Positions 1 to 9,070 of a DNA stretch of 49,355 nt are shown here, one piece after another. A model generated the notes under the pieces. It saw only the letters and a program-made list of their open reading frames with translations. It was not told the DNA's origin and searched no databases. The stretch is from assembly GCA_964588545.1 (NCBI GenBank), contig CAZPPZ010000002.1:1-49355 (forward strand). Direction: 5' to 3'. Position numbers and translations under genes: made by a program. Position 1 is the first letter of the stretch. Each line of letters starts with the position of its first letter. Source of the stretch: an uncultured Myxococcales bacterium. Lineage in GTDB: Bacteria > Desulfobacterota > Binatia > UBA1149 > SPBQ01.

Positions 1-156
1 ATCCAGCAGTTGGGCGTAGTTCGTCTCGATGCGCTCAAGAAACTCGTGCGGCTCGTGCGGTTCCTCGTTAGATTCATCCGCCTGTGTGGCGGGTTGTGTT
101 GTCTCTTTTGTCCTCCCTTTCTTTTGCCCGGCGCATGCTGGGTCCTGTAAACGCAA
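1..156 (-). CDS. N-terminal part of an unidentified protein; gene runs off the left edge
   Basis: The minus-strand frame ending at base 1 is open and reads ...QPATQADESNEEPHEPHEFLERIETNYAQLLD, which is protein-like and acidic. The nearest in-frame start is TTG at 154-156. The competing plus-strand reading of the same bases is Cys/Ser-rich junk. No family recognised. Confidence 0.3.
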   Translation of the reverse strand, partial: MRLQDPACAGQKKGRTKETTQPATQADESNEEPHEPHEFLERIETNYAQLLD

Positions 157-166
157 TGCGGGCCGC

Positions 167-877
167 TTGCGGGGGTGGCTGCGTCTCTGCGTTTTTTATG
201 GCTTCTCGGCGTTTTACCTGCCGATGGTAATTGGCTTAGCACTATTGCCGATTACGCGGGGACTGTGGTACGGCGCGCTGCGAGGGTGGGCGAGGGCGGC
301 CCTGGCTATTTTTTCTGTTCGGGTTGTCGTCAGCGGCGCCGAGAATCTGGCCGGTGGACGAGACTACCTCATTATTGCCAATCACCGTAGCAACTTCGAC
401 GTATTTGCGCTGATCACCGCTCTTGGTGGCCGCGAGACCCGCTGGGTGGCTAAGCGCGAGTTAGCACGGGTGCCTATATTCGGCTACGGCTTGCGCGCCA
501 CCGGTCAGATTCTCATCGACCGCAACGATCACCAGCAGGCCCTAGATGCTCTGCGTACGAAGCTCGGCAATCATGGGGCCAGCGTGGTATTCTTCGCTGA
601 GGGCCGCCGCGCGCCGACCACCGAGCTGCTAGCGTTCAAGAAGGGCGCCGCGGCTTTTGCGATCGACGCTGGGCTGCCGATCGTACCAGTGGCGATTTCG
701 GGATCGGAGAGGGTCCTTCCCAGGACCTCGTTGATTGCCAGTCCAGGCACTATACAAGTGGCAATTGGAGAACCTATCGATAGCTCGGAGGTCGGCGCGG
801 ATGGGCGCGATCTGCTGACCCAGCGAGCTCGTGATGCCGTGGCGGCACTCTTGGCCGACTGCGAGCGGAGGCGGTGA
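167..877 (+). CDS. plsC: 1-acyl-sn-glycerol-3-phosphate acyltransferase (PlsC family)
   Basis: Acyltransferase motif I is NHRSNFD (HX4D) and motif III is FAEGRR. There is an N-terminal hydrophobic helix and the usual VSGAENL block. The start is uncertain: TTG 167 or ATG 224. The ATG at 29 in the ORF track gives an implausible Cys/Ser-rich leader. Confidence 0.85.
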   Translation: MRGWLRLCVFYGFSAFYLPMVIGLALLPITRGLWYGALRGWARAALAIFSVRVVVSGAENLAGGRDYLIIANHRSNFDVFALITALGGRETRWVAKRELARVPIFGYGLRATGQILIDRNDHQQALDALRTKLGNHGASVVFFAEGRRAPTTELLAFKKGAAAFAIDAGLPIVPVAISGSERVLPRTSLIASPGTIQVAIGEPIDSSEVGADGRDLLTQRARDAVAALLADCERRR

Positions 878-883
878 GACCTC

Positions 884-2548
884 ATGTCTGATAACGCACC
901 CCTGCGTATAGTGCCGCTCGGCGGGCTGGGCGAGTTTGGCATGAACTGCCTGGTGATCGAGCGAGGCGAGGATGCCATCGCCATCGACTGTGGGGTGATG
1001 TTCCCCGAGGATCACATGTTGGGCATCGACCGGGTGCTTCCCGATGTCAGCTATCTCCATGAGCTTGGCGATCGTTTGAAAGGGTTCGTTCTTACCCATG
1101 GTCATGAGGATCATCTTGGAGCTCTTCCATACATTCTTCCTGATTTTAACATTCCGGTCTTCGCGACGCGGTTTACTGCTGCGCTACTCGAGCAGAAGCT
1201 GGCCGAGTACCCCGCAGCTAAGAATGCCACCATCGAGACCTTCACCCCCCGCGATGTGCTACGCCTCGGTGGCCTCGAGATCGAGAGCCTGAGGGTTACC
1301 CATAGTATCGTTGATGCCTGTGGCTTGGCGGTGCGCTCGGGCGGCGAGGTGGTGGTTCACACTGGCGATTTCAAACTCGACCCCGATCCCATCGACGGAC
1401 TGGCGACTGACCTAGAGCGTTTCTCGGAACTGGGCGACGAGGGGGTGCGGCTGCTGCTCTCTGATTCCACTAATGTGGAGGTTCCCGGGCGCACCAAGTC
1501 GGAGAGCGAGGTCCCGGGTTTCCTCCGGCCGATATTCGAGAAGACCGAAGGGCGGATCTTCGTCACCACATTTGCCTCGCACATCCATCGAATCCAGAAT
1601 GTGGTTTCGCTGTGCCACGAGTTTGGCCGCTCGATCGCCATAGTTGGACGCAGCATGGAGGCCAACAGTGCTTTGGCGACCCGCACCGGCCACCTGAGTA
1701 TCCCCGGGAACCTGCTGGTATCGCCGCGGCAGGCCGAGAAACTCCCGCCTGCAGATGTGTGTTTCTTGGTTACCGGGTCTCAGGGAGAGCCCGGCTCCGC
1801 GCTATCACGCATCGCGACCTTGCAGCGACGCGCTCTCGAACCTAAGCGCGGTGACGCAGTGGTTTTTTCGTCAAGGGTAATCCCCGGCAACGATAAGGCC
1901 ATAGGCGCGATCATCGATCAGCTCTACCGCTGCGGCGCAGAAGTCTACTACCAGAAAGTCCAGCCGGTACACGTTTCCGGGCACGCCTGCCGCGATGAGC
2001 TGCGAACCATGCTCGAGACCGTCCGACCCCAGTGTTTTGTTCCGCTGCATGGCCAGTATCGCAATCTCGTCCATCATGCGCGGCTCGCGGTTGCGACCGG
2101 AGTTGACGCGGACAATACCTATTGTCTGGTCGACGGAGAAGTACTCGAACTCGAGCGCGAAGGCGCGCGGCGCGGTGACAGTGTGGCGGTTGGCCGCGTG
2201 CTCATCGACGGGGTGACGGTCGGCGATATAGACGAGGCGGTGTTGCGCGATCGCCGCCACATCTCCGAGGATGGTGTCGCCATGGTAATTCTAGCCGTGT
2301 CGAGACAAACCGGCGAGATCGTCCTTGGACCAGACTTCATCGTGCGCGGACTGCTGCCTCCCGAAGCCGGAGATGCCGATTTCGCCGAGGCCAAGCGCAT
2401 CGTGGTCGAGCATGTCGCGGCGATGAGTGCGGCTGCCATTGCCGATGAGGCCGAGCTGCACGAGGAGGTACGTCTGGTCGTTCGGCGTTACTTCCGCCGC
2501 CGTCTGGGGCGACGGCCGGTTGTTGTCCCGTACATCCTGGAGCTGTAG
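884..2548 (+). CDS. rnj: ribonuclease J (metallo-beta-lactamase / beta-CASP RNase)
   Basis: N-terminus is LRIVPLGGLGEFGMNCLVIE, with the HGHEDHLGALPY zinc motif. The 554-aa length is typical of RNase J. Confidence 0.92.
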   Translation: MSDNAPLRIVPLGGLGEFGMNCLVIERGEDAIAIDCGVMFPEDHMLGIDRVLPDVSYLHELGDRLKGFVLTHGHEDHLGALPYILPDFNIPVFATRFTAALLEQKLAEYPAAKNATIETFTPRDVLRLGGLEIESLRVTHSIVDACGLAVRSGGEVVVHTGDFKLDPDPIDGLATDLERFSELGDEGVRLLLSDSTNVEVPGRTKSESEVPGFLRPIFEKTEGRIFVTTFASHIHRIQNVVSLCHEFGRSIAIVGRSMEANSALATRTGHLSIPGNLLVSPRQAEKLPPADVCFLVTGSQGEPGSALSRIATLQRRALEPKRGDAVVFSSRVIPGNDKAIGAIIDQLYRCGAEVYYQKVQPVHVSGHACRDELRTMLETVRPQCFVPLHGQYRNLVHHARLAVATGVDADNTYCLVDGEVLELEREGARRGDSVAVGRVLIDGVTVGDIDEAVLRDRRHISEDGVAMVILAVSRQTGEIVLGPDFIVRGLLPPEAGDADFAEAKRIVVEHVAAMSAAAIADEAELHEEVRLVVRRYFRRRLGRRPVVVPYILEL

Positions 2549-2580
2549 ACTCATCCCGGGATTCCGGGGGGATGGGTTAG

Positions 2581-3381
2581 GTGGAGATACTAGGGGCTGT
2601 TGCGCTCGGAATCCTGCAGGGGCTAACCGAGTTTCTTCCGGTATCGAGTTCCGGGCACCTGGTGATTGCCCAGCAGTTCTTTCCCCTGGCAACTTTGGGC
2701 AATGCCCTGGCCTTTGACGTCTGCCTGCATTTCGGCACGCTGCTCGCCGTTCTCGCCTATTTCCGGGGTGATTTTGCCGGCATGGCCGCGGCCGTGGCCG
2801 GCAGGGCGGCTGTCGGTGAGGAGTACCTGAAGCGCTGGGTGGGGCTGCTGGCGGTGGCTACCGTACCAATTGCGATAGTCGGACTTTCGGCTCGTGAGGT
2901 TCTTCTCCACGCTTTTGAATCCCTCCCAGCTGTGGGCGTCGCCTTGCTAGCGACTGCTGGGTTGTTGGTGTTTGCGACCCGCTATCTAGCCGGCAACCGT
3001 GGCGCTGAAGAACTGGGCCTGCGCGATGCTCTGTGGATCGGACTGTTTCAGGCGGTTGCTGTCATACCTGGAATATCGCGCTCAGGCGCTACCATTGCCG
3101 GGTCGCTTGGCCAGGGCCTGGATCGGGCCACCTCGGCTCGTTTTGCTTTCTTGATGTCGCTTCCGGCGATTGCCGGGGCGATGGTAAGTAGTATGGGCGA
3201 GGTTGGCGTACTTCTCGACCAGCACGCCCTGGCGGTGGCCTTGGGGACGGCGGCGTCGGCACTTACCGGCTGGTTTGCCATCGACATTATGATGAAAGCC
3301 ATCCAGGTGGGACGTTTGATGCCTTTTGCTGTATACTGCGGTGTTCTGGGTGCGGGAACGCTGCTGCTGGGAGCGTTCTAG
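2581..3381 (+). CDS. uppP: undecaprenyl-diphosphate phosphatase
   Basis: GILQGLTEFLPVSSSGHLVI and PGISRSGATI are the BacA/UppP signature blocks. Polytopic membrane protein of 266 aa with a GTG start. Confidence 0.93.
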   Translation: MEILGAVALGILQGLTEFLPVSSSGHLVIAQQFFPLATLGNALAFDVCLHFGTLLAVLAYFRGDFAGMAAAVAGRAAVGEEYLKRWVGLLAVATVPIAIVGLSAREVLLHAFESLPAVGVALLATAGLLVFATRYLAGNRGAEELGLRDALWIGLFQAVAVIPGISRSGATIAGSLGQGLDRATSARFAFLMSLPAIAGAMVSSMGEVGVLLDQHALAVALGTAASALTGWFAIDIMMKAIQVGRLMPFAVYCGVLGAGTLLLGAF

Positions 3382-3484
3382 CAGTATTGCTCGTGCTAGC
3401 GATGCTGCGATGCGTCGTTATGCAGTCGTTTTCGCAACGGGCGCAGAAGCCCGAGTGGGCCCCAGGGCTGGGCAGGTGGAGTAG

Positions 3485-5881
3485 GTGGCGAAGACTCGCA
3501 GGGTGGCGAACCACGGTTCGTCACGAATTCTTTACGAGGTTGAGGCGATCGTGTGTGCGGCGTTTGGTGCTGTGCTGGCGCTGAGTTTCATCTCCTATGT
3601 ACCCAACACCCCGACCGACAACTACGTCGGCAAGCTCGGTTATTGGCTGGCCAACTTGCTGGTACAGACCTTTGGCTACGCCTCCTACCTGTTCCCAGCG
3701 TTGTTAGCCGCGGCGGCGATCGCGCTGTTTGCCAATCTAAGGGGTATGCCCTCGCCGGTGCGTGGGGTTGGTGCGGTTGCCATGCTGCTCGACGTGGCGA
3801 TTCTCCTCGGCTTGTTTCGCACTGACGTTGCGCCGGAACTCGCCGGAGGGTGGGTTGGTGGCTTTCTCGCCACCCTCATGCGCGATGCTTTCGGGCTGGT
3901 TGGCTCCACCGTACTTCTCATTGCCCTGGGCTTGTTGGTCTGGCTGATGCTTACCGGAACCCCGCTGTCGCACGTTCTCGGTAGCGCGGCTGGAGTGATG
4001 ATGCGGGCGTTACATTCGATTCTGGCGATGATCGGGGTTCGGCTGCGGTCGATGCTCGAAGGCTTTGCAAGTTTTAAACCTGCCTTCGCCAATGCCTTCC
4101 GCAACGCATGGGCCAAGTCGCAAAGCGTCGAACCCGGTGTTTCCGAGCCCGCGACCGATCCACCGGTAGTGTTTGGTAGCGAGCCCGAGCTTGCCGTCGA
4201 TTCCGAGCGTGCTGAATCGATCGTTCAGATCACCAAGCCTGAGCCGCGTCCGCGAGGCCGAAAACGCAACAGCGAAGAAGAAACCGAGGCCGATCAGGAA
4301 GAGTTTGTGTTTGCTCTAGAGCACGACGACTACAAGCTCCCGCCGGTGCGTCTGCTCGGCAAGTGCGACGACAGTGCCGACTATGGTGACGAAAAAATAC
4401 TGGTCGCGCAGTCGAAGGTGCTCGAGCAGAAACTGGCTACTTTCGGCGTTGCTGGGCGGGTTGTCGCGGTGCGTCCCGGGCCGGTGATCACGACTTTCGA
4501 ATTCGAGCCTGATGCCGGCATCAAGGTCAGTCGCGTCGTCAATCTGTGTGATGACCTCACCATGGCCTTGCGTGCCCACGGTGTGCGCATCGTGGCGCCA
4601 ATACCGGGCAAGAACGTGGTTGGTATCGAGGTCTCTAACCGCAACCGAGCTATTGTTGGTATCCGCGACTTAGTCGACAGCGATGAGTTCAGCGAAAACC
4701 CCGCCCGTCTACCGCTGGCTCTTGGCCGTGATACCACCGGCGTGCCGGCCTATGCCGATCTTGCCAAGATGCCCCATCTGTTGATGGCTGGAGCCACGGG
4801 GACCGGCAAATCCGTTGCTCTCAACAGTATGATCGTGAGCATTCTGTGCCGCTGCACGCCGCGAAACGTCCGCTTCATTATGATCGATCCGAAGATGCTC
4901 GAGCTCTCTCTGTACGAAGGTATCCCACATCTGCTGGTTCCGGTGGTTACCGATGTCAAGAAGGCAGCTGCGGCCTTGACCAACGTGATGCGTGAGATGG
5001 ATCGCCGCTTCGAGCTGATGAAAGACCTCAGCGTGCGCAGTATCGATGATTACAACGCGCGTATCGCCGAAGGTCTCGACGAATACGAAGAGGAAGAGGA
5101 AGAAGAGGAAGAAGAAGAGTTCGAGTTCGAGGAGGAGGAAGGCGAAGAGGGAGAAGAGTACGAGGAGGAGGAAGAGTACGAAGAAGAGGAGGAGGAGGAA
5201 GAAGAAGGCAGCGGACTGCGCCACGAGCACCTCCCAAGAATAGTCCTGATCGTAGATGAGCTAGCCGATCTGATGATGTCAGTGGGCCGCGAGGTGGAAC
5301 AGTCGATCACCCGTCTGGCGCAGAAAGCGCGCGCCGCAGGCATCCATCTCATCGTCGCTACCCAGAGGCCGTCGGTCGATGTCATCACCGGTTTGATCAA
5401 AGCTAATTTCCCCTGCCGTGTGTCTTTCCAGGTTACCGCCCGCCCCGATTCTCGTACTATTCTCGACTCAATCGGCGCTGAGCGGCTGCTGGGCAACGGT
5501 GACATGCTCTACATGGCCCCCTCGACCTCGGTGCTGCGCCGTCTCCACGGAGGCTTCATCTCCGACCGTGAGATCATCGCTATCGTCAAGTTCCTCAAAA
5601 AACAGGGCACGCCCGAGTACAATATGGAGCTGCTCGAGGCGCCCGGTGGGGATGCTGGCGACGATGGCGAAGAGGAGTTCCTCGACGAACTCTACGACAA
5701 GGCCGTTGACCTCGTGCTCGAGCACGGGCAGGGTTCGACCTCGTGGGTACAACGCAAGCTGGGCATCGGCTACAACCGTGCTGCCCGTATTATGGAAAAC
5801 ATGGAGCGCGAGGGTGTGGTCGGCCCGGCCGACGGTGCCCGTCCGCGCAAGGTGTTGGTAGGTCCCAACGCCGCGCTCTGA
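3485..5881 (+). CDS. ftsK: DNA translocase FtsK
   Basis: N-terminal TM helices followed by a linker. The motor domain has Walker A GATGTGKS, Walker B LIVDELADLMM and ATQRPSVDVITG. The C-terminal gamma winged helix reads STSWVQRKLGIGYNRAARIMENME. The motor domain carries an unusual poly-Glu insert. Confidence 0.95.
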   Translation: MAKTRRVANHGSSRILYEVEAIVCAAFGAVLALSFISYVPNTPTDNYVGKLGYWLANLLVQTFGYASYLFPALLAAAAIALFANLRGMPSPVRGVGAVAMLLDVAILLGLFRTDVAPELAGGWVGGFLATLMRDAFGLVGSTVLLIALGLLVWLMLTGTPLSHVLGSAAGVMMRALHSILAMIGVRLRSMLEGFASFKPAFANAFRNAWAKSQSVEPGVSEPATDPPVVFGSEPELAVDSERAESIVQITKPEPRPRGRKRNSEEETEADQEEFVFALEHDDYKLPPVRLLGKCDDSADYGDEKILVAQSKVLEQKLATFGVAGRVVAVRPGPVITTFEFEPDAGIKVSRVVNLCDDLTMALRAHGVRIVAPIPGKNVVGIEVSNRNRAIVGIRDLVDSDEFSENPARLPLALGRDTTGVPAYADLAKMPHLLMAGATGTGKSVALNSMIVSILCRCTPRNVRFIMIDPKMLELSLYEGIPHLLVPVVTDVKKAAAALTNVMREMDRRFELMKDLSVRSIDDYNARIAEGLDEYEEEEEEEEEEEFEFEEEEGEEGEEYEEEEEYEEEEEEEEEGSGLRHEHLPRIVLIVDELADLMMSVGREVEQSITRLAQKARAAGIHLIVATQRPSVDVITGLIKANFPCRVSFQVTARPDSRTILDSIGAERLLGNGDMLYMAPSTSVLRRLHGGFISDREIIAIVKFLKKQGTPEYNMELLEAPGGDAGDDGEEEFLDELYDKAVDLVLEHGQGSTSWVQRKLGIGYNRAARIMENMEREGVVGPADGARPRKVLVGPNAAL
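5078..5206 (+). repeat. GAA/GAG-rich coding low-complexity tract (poly-Glu insert in FtsK)
   Basis: Codons read DEYEEEEEEEEEEEFEFEEEEGEEGEEYEEEEEYEEEEEEEEE, in frame with ftsK. The tract sits between NARIAEGL and the Walker B strand. Confidence 0.95.
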
Positions 5882-6549
5882 CGGCGCTTCGCCAGGCCTG
5901 CTCGGGGCTGTTGCTGGCGTCGTCGTTGATCTACCCGGCTGCTGTCACGGCCGCCGAGACCTCACGCAGTGCCGATCAGCTGTGGGCCGCGTATGCCGCG
6001 CGCTGGGATTCTGCAAGTAGCTACAAGGCCGTCTTCAAACAGCATATCGAGATCAGTGGTATCGGTGGTGATGTCAGCAGTGGTGGCATTTTCTACTTTG
6101 AGAAGCCCGACAAGATGCGTTGGGACTATCTCGAGGGCGACAAGCAACAAGTAGTTGGTGACGGGCGCTGGATCTGGGTCTATCAGCCTGATCTAGAGCA
6201 GGTGTATAAGATTTCCTATACTCAAGCCTTCGGTAGCGGAGGACTGGTGTCGCTGCTCGCGGGCCGAGAGGGGATAGCGCAGCGCTACGATCTCAAGCTG
6301 TTGAGTGACGACGCTAGCGCGGTGAGCATGCGCCTGACGCCCAAGAGTGGTGTCGGTGAGACTCTAGAGTTGTTGTTGGATGCCGACACGATGGATCTCC
6401 GGACGGTTCAGATTACCGATCCCGCGGGGTCGGTGACCAGCGTCGAGTTCAACGACGTAACCCGCAATGTGAAGCTTGAAGCGAAGCTGTTCAGCTTCGA
6501 GCCCCCCAAGGACACCGACGTCATCACGACGCCGGGCTCATCTAAGTGA
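5878..6549 (+). CDS. lolA: outer-membrane lipoprotein carrier protein LolA
   Basis: FKQHIEISG...GGIFYFEKPDKMRWDYLEGDKQQVVGDGRWIWVYQPDLEQVYK matches the LolA core, and ftsK-lolA is a conserved gene order. The start is unresolved. ATG 5743 overlaps ftsK by 139 nt. CTG 5878 keeps a good signal peptide (TALRQACSGLLLASSLIYPAAVTA). TTG 5911 truncates it. Confidence 0.8.
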   Translation: MTALRQACSGLLLASSLIYPAAVTAAETSRSADQLWAAYAARWDSASSYKAVFKQHIEISGIGGDVSSGGIFYFEKPDKMRWDYLEGDKQQVVGDGRWIWVYQPDLEQVYKISYTQAFGSGGLVSLLAGREGIAQRYDLKLLSDDASAVSMRLTPKSGVGETLELLLDADTMDLRTVQITDPAGSVTSVEFNDVTRNVKLEAKLFSFEPPKDTDVITTPGSSK

Positions 6550-6558
6550 GGCACGGAC

Positions 6559-7044
6559 ATGCCATCATTCGACGTAGTTTCTAAGGTATCATGGCACGAA
6601 ATCGACAACGCTCTTGGTCAGGCCAGCAAGGAACTTAGCCAGCGCTATGATTTCCGTGGGAGCGACACCAAGATAGAGGTCAAGGACGAGGCCTTCGTGG
6701 TCGAGTCTGCCGATGACTTCAAGCTGAAGGCGGCTGTTGAGGTCCTCCATTCCAAGCTAGCCAAGCGCAAGGTTCCGCTCGGAGCGCTCGACGCCGGCGA
6801 GATCGACAAAGCGGGGCAGGGAAGAGCGCGGCAGACGATCAAGGTGCGTTGTGGAATCGAGCAGGATATCGCCCGTAAGATAGTCAAGACGATCAAGGAC
6901 GCGAAGATGAAGGTGCAGGCTGCGATCCAGAGCGATAGCGTGCGTGTATCTGGTAAGAAACGCGACGATCTACAGGCCGTTATCGCTCTGCTCGAAGAGG
7001 GTAGCTTCGGCCAGCCCCTACAGTTCGAGAATTTCCGCGACTGA
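6559..7044 (+). CDS. yajQ: YajQ family (UPF0234) nucleotide/cyclic-di-GMP-binding protein
   Basis: The N-terminus MPSFDVVSKV..HEIDNALGQASKELSQRYDFRGS is highly characteristic of YajQ. Length is 161 aa. Confidence 0.9.
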   Translation: MPSFDVVSKVSWHEIDNALGQASKELSQRYDFRGSDTKIEVKDEAFVVESADDFKLKAAVEVLHSKLAKRKVPLGALDAGEIDKAGQGRARQTIKVRCGIEQDIARKIVKTIKDAKMKVQAAIQSDSVRVSGKKRDDLQAVIALLEEGSFGQPLQFENFRD

Positions 7045-8375
7045 TGGCCAAACGCTTGTTCTTGGCCCCGCTCGGCTGCGCAAAGAACCAGATCGACGGC
7101 GAGCTGATGCTGGGGTACGCCCGTGCTGCGGGCTACGAGCTAGCTGACCAGCCCGATGATGCTGACGTCCTCGTCGTCAACACCTGTGCATTCATCGAAG
7201 AAGCGCGCGAAGAATCCATCGGTAAGATTCTCGAGATGGCTGAGCTCAAAGCCCGCGCCGAGGGACGGCGCTTGGTGGTGACTGGCTGCCTGGCCGAGCG
7301 TTACGGTGAACAGCTAGCCGGCGAGATCCCCGAGGTAGATGCGTTCGTTGGCACCGGAGCGCTCGACCGCGTGGTTGATGCGGCCGAGTCTCGTGGTGGG
7401 GCGATCTTCAAGGCGGCCAAGCACTATCTACCATCAGCACTGATGGAGCGGGTGGTAAGCGGTAACGATGGCTCTGCCTATCTAAAGGTTTCCGAAGGTT
7501 GTGATCACGAATGCTCGTTCTGTGTGATCCCCGATATCCGCGGTAAACATCAGAGTCGGTCGATAGATGACATCGTCGCCGAGGCCGAGCGTTTGGTCGA
7601 GCGCGGTGTGCTCGAAGTCAATCTTGTCGCTCAGGATCTGAGCGCTTACGGCAAGGATCAGATGCTCGACCAAGGGTTGGCTGCGCTGCTCTATCGTTTG
7701 GGCCGGGTTGATGGGTTGGCACGTATACGCTGCCACTATCTATATCCTAACACTTTGAGCGATGCGGCCTTGGACGCGATAAACGACATCGACACGGTTT
7801 GCCCCTACATCGACTTGCCGCTCCAGCACGCCGACGCCGCGGTGTTGGTAGCGATGCGCCGCGCGCGAGGACCGCAGCAGCTCTTGAGCCTTATCGAGAG
7901 GATACGCGCACGCGTAGAAGATCCGGTACTGCGCACCACCCTGATCGTAGGTTTTCCCGGCGAGACCGATGCGGCATTCGAAAACCTGCGTAGCTTTGTT
8001 GAGGAGGTGGGCTTCGATCGCATCTCGGTTTTTAAGTACTCGCGTGAGGAGGGCAGTGCCGCGGCTACGCTCGACCACCAGGTTCCCGAGCATGTGGCTG
8101 AGCACCGTCGCGACGTTCTGCTGTCGATACAGGAGCGAATCTCTGCCGCGCGTCTGCAGCGCTTTGTTGGCCGCGTCGAGCCGCTGCTGACGTGTGGCTA
8201 CGATAGCGAGGCCGGCTGTTACGGCCGCACTCGTGGTCAGGCACCGGAAATAGACGGCCTGACTTTTCTCGGTACCGACGTCGAGGCTAGGCCTGGCAGT
8301 CTCATCGACGTGCGTATAACCGGCTGTGATGCCTATGATCTCTATGCTCGGCCGCTCGATCAGGCCGAGTCGTGA
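7044..8375 (+). CDS. rimO: ribosomal protein S12 methylthiotransferase RimO
   Basis: N-terminal LGCAKNQIDGE (UPF0004 domain), radical-SAM CDHECSFCVIP and a C-terminal TRAM domain; 443 aa. Its ATG overlaps the yajQ stop (TGATG). Confidence 0.9.
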   Translation: MAKRLFLAPLGCAKNQIDGELMLGYARAAGYELADQPDDADVLVVNTCAFIEEAREESIGKILEMAELKARAEGRRLVVTGCLAERYGEQLAGEIPEVDAFVGTGALDRVVDAAESRGGAIFKAAKHYLPSALMERVVSGNDGSAYLKVSEGCDHECSFCVIPDIRGKHQSRSIDDIVAEAERLVERGVLEVNLVAQDLSAYGKDQMLDQGLAALLYRLGRVDGLARIRCHYLYPNTLSDAALDAINDIDTVCPYIDLPLQHADAAVLVAMRRARGPQQLLSLIERIRARVEDPVLRTTLIVGFPGETDAAFENLRSFVEEVGFDRISVFKYSREEGSAAATLDHQVPEHVAEHRRDVLLSIQERISAARLQRFVGRVEPLLTCGYDSEAGCYGRTRGQAPEIDGLTFLGTDVEARPGSLIDVRITGCDAYDLYARPLDQAES

Positions 8376-8504
8376 AGTGAGATCAGGTCCGAAAGTGCTG
8401 CAATAGCGCCACTTTGCCCAGATTTTTCGCTCACGGGGCGATTCCACATATAGCGATGCGCCGCTGGCTGTGGGTTGCTAGACTAGACGCTGCGCGCCGA
8501 GCTG

Positions 8505-8533
8505 TTGACGCGGCACGAGGGCGCAACTAGTTT
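8505..8533 (+). promoter_or_regulatory. candidate sigma70-type promoter upstream of the dksA-like gene
   Basis: TTGACG (8505-8510), a 17-nt spacer, then TAGTTT (8528-8533). It lies about 110 nt upstream of the ATG. Sequence match only. Confidence 0.3.
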
Positions 8534-8644
8534 ACGCCCCCTCACGGAAACGGGTCCGTGGGGGAGTATGCCTCCGGGCGAGCCTGGAGCAGCTTTTCCA
8601 AATCATCGAGGACCTTTGGGTAGGGTAGACTGAGGCCGCGACCT

Positions 8645-9070
8645 ATGAGAAAGCGAGACCGAGAGAAATTCCACGGCATGCTGCTTCAGATTCGCAAGGA
8701 ACTGACGCGTGAGATTCAGCAGGACATCAAGGCTGGGAGTGAAGGTGAGGCTGGCGACGGCCGCGATACCTATGACATCGCCAGCGACGAGCGCGATCGC
8801 GAGATCAACCTGCTGCTTGGCGACCGTGAACGCAAGAAGCTCCAACAGGTAGACGAGGCTCTAGGCCGGGTCGAAAGCGGTGAGTACGGCGAGTGCGAAG
8901 AATGCGGTGGAGAGATCGCATCGGGAAGGCTCGAGGCAATGCCGTTTACGCGTCTCTGTGTAACCTGCCAGAGTGAGTTCGAGCAGGCCCAGCGCACCAT
9001 GCAGCCCGACTCGGTAGTCGCGCCAGCGCCGCGCTACTCCGCCGGTGAGGGCGACGAAGACGTCAGCTGA
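8645..9070 (+). CDS. DksA/TraR family C4-type zinc-finger RNA-polymerase-binding protein
   Basis: Coiled-coil N-terminal half followed by CEECGGEI...x17...CVTC, a four-Cys zinc finger. 141 aa. Confidence 0.85.
   Translation: MRKRDREKFHGMLLQIRKELTREIQQDIKAGSEGEAGDGRDTYDIASDERDREINLLLGDRERKKLQQVDEALGRVESGEYGECEECGGEIASGRLEAMPFTRLCVTCQSEFEQAQRTMQPDSVVAPAPRYSAGEGDEDVS

Noticed and set aside
29-223. Upstream ATG/GTG extensions in the ORF track, for example plsC from 29, glpD from 11055, tolC-like from 16304, ggt from 22426, the TusA-like gene from 25617, the Cys-rich gene from 25712 and dus from 30817.
   Set aside because: The extensions are low-complexity or overlap the neighbouring gene. Internal starts give proper signal peptides or family-typical N-termini, several with clear Shine-Dalgarno sequences.
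2549-2580. Short CCCGG-GATT-CCGGG hairpin between rnj and uppP. A bulged hairpin of about 9 bp lies at about 8537-8565 in the dksA leader.
   Set aside because: The stems are short or bulged, have no U-tract, and their function cannot be judged from the sequence alone.
5078-5206. Possible tandem-repeat or CRISPR-like array at the GAA/GAG tract, and likewise at the ACC/ACG tract at 26564-26635.
   Set aside because: Both are in-frame coding low-complexity segments (poly-Glu and poly-Thr). There is no repeat-spacer periodicity and no cas genes.
4709-5230. 173-aa minus-strand ORF with Leu/Phe-rich repeats, plus other small ORFs across 5028-5243.
   Set aside because: They are mirror-image or frame-shifted translations of the GAA/GAG tract inside ftsK, and they lie within a gene of certain identity.
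8383-8395. TCAGGTCCGAAAG, reminiscent of the SRP (4.5S) RNA helix-8 motif with a GNRA loop, just after the rimO stop.
   Set aside because: The flanking bases do not form the closing stem or the conserved symmetric loop (GGAAGCAGC is absent). No extended hairpin of 4.5S size can be drawn.
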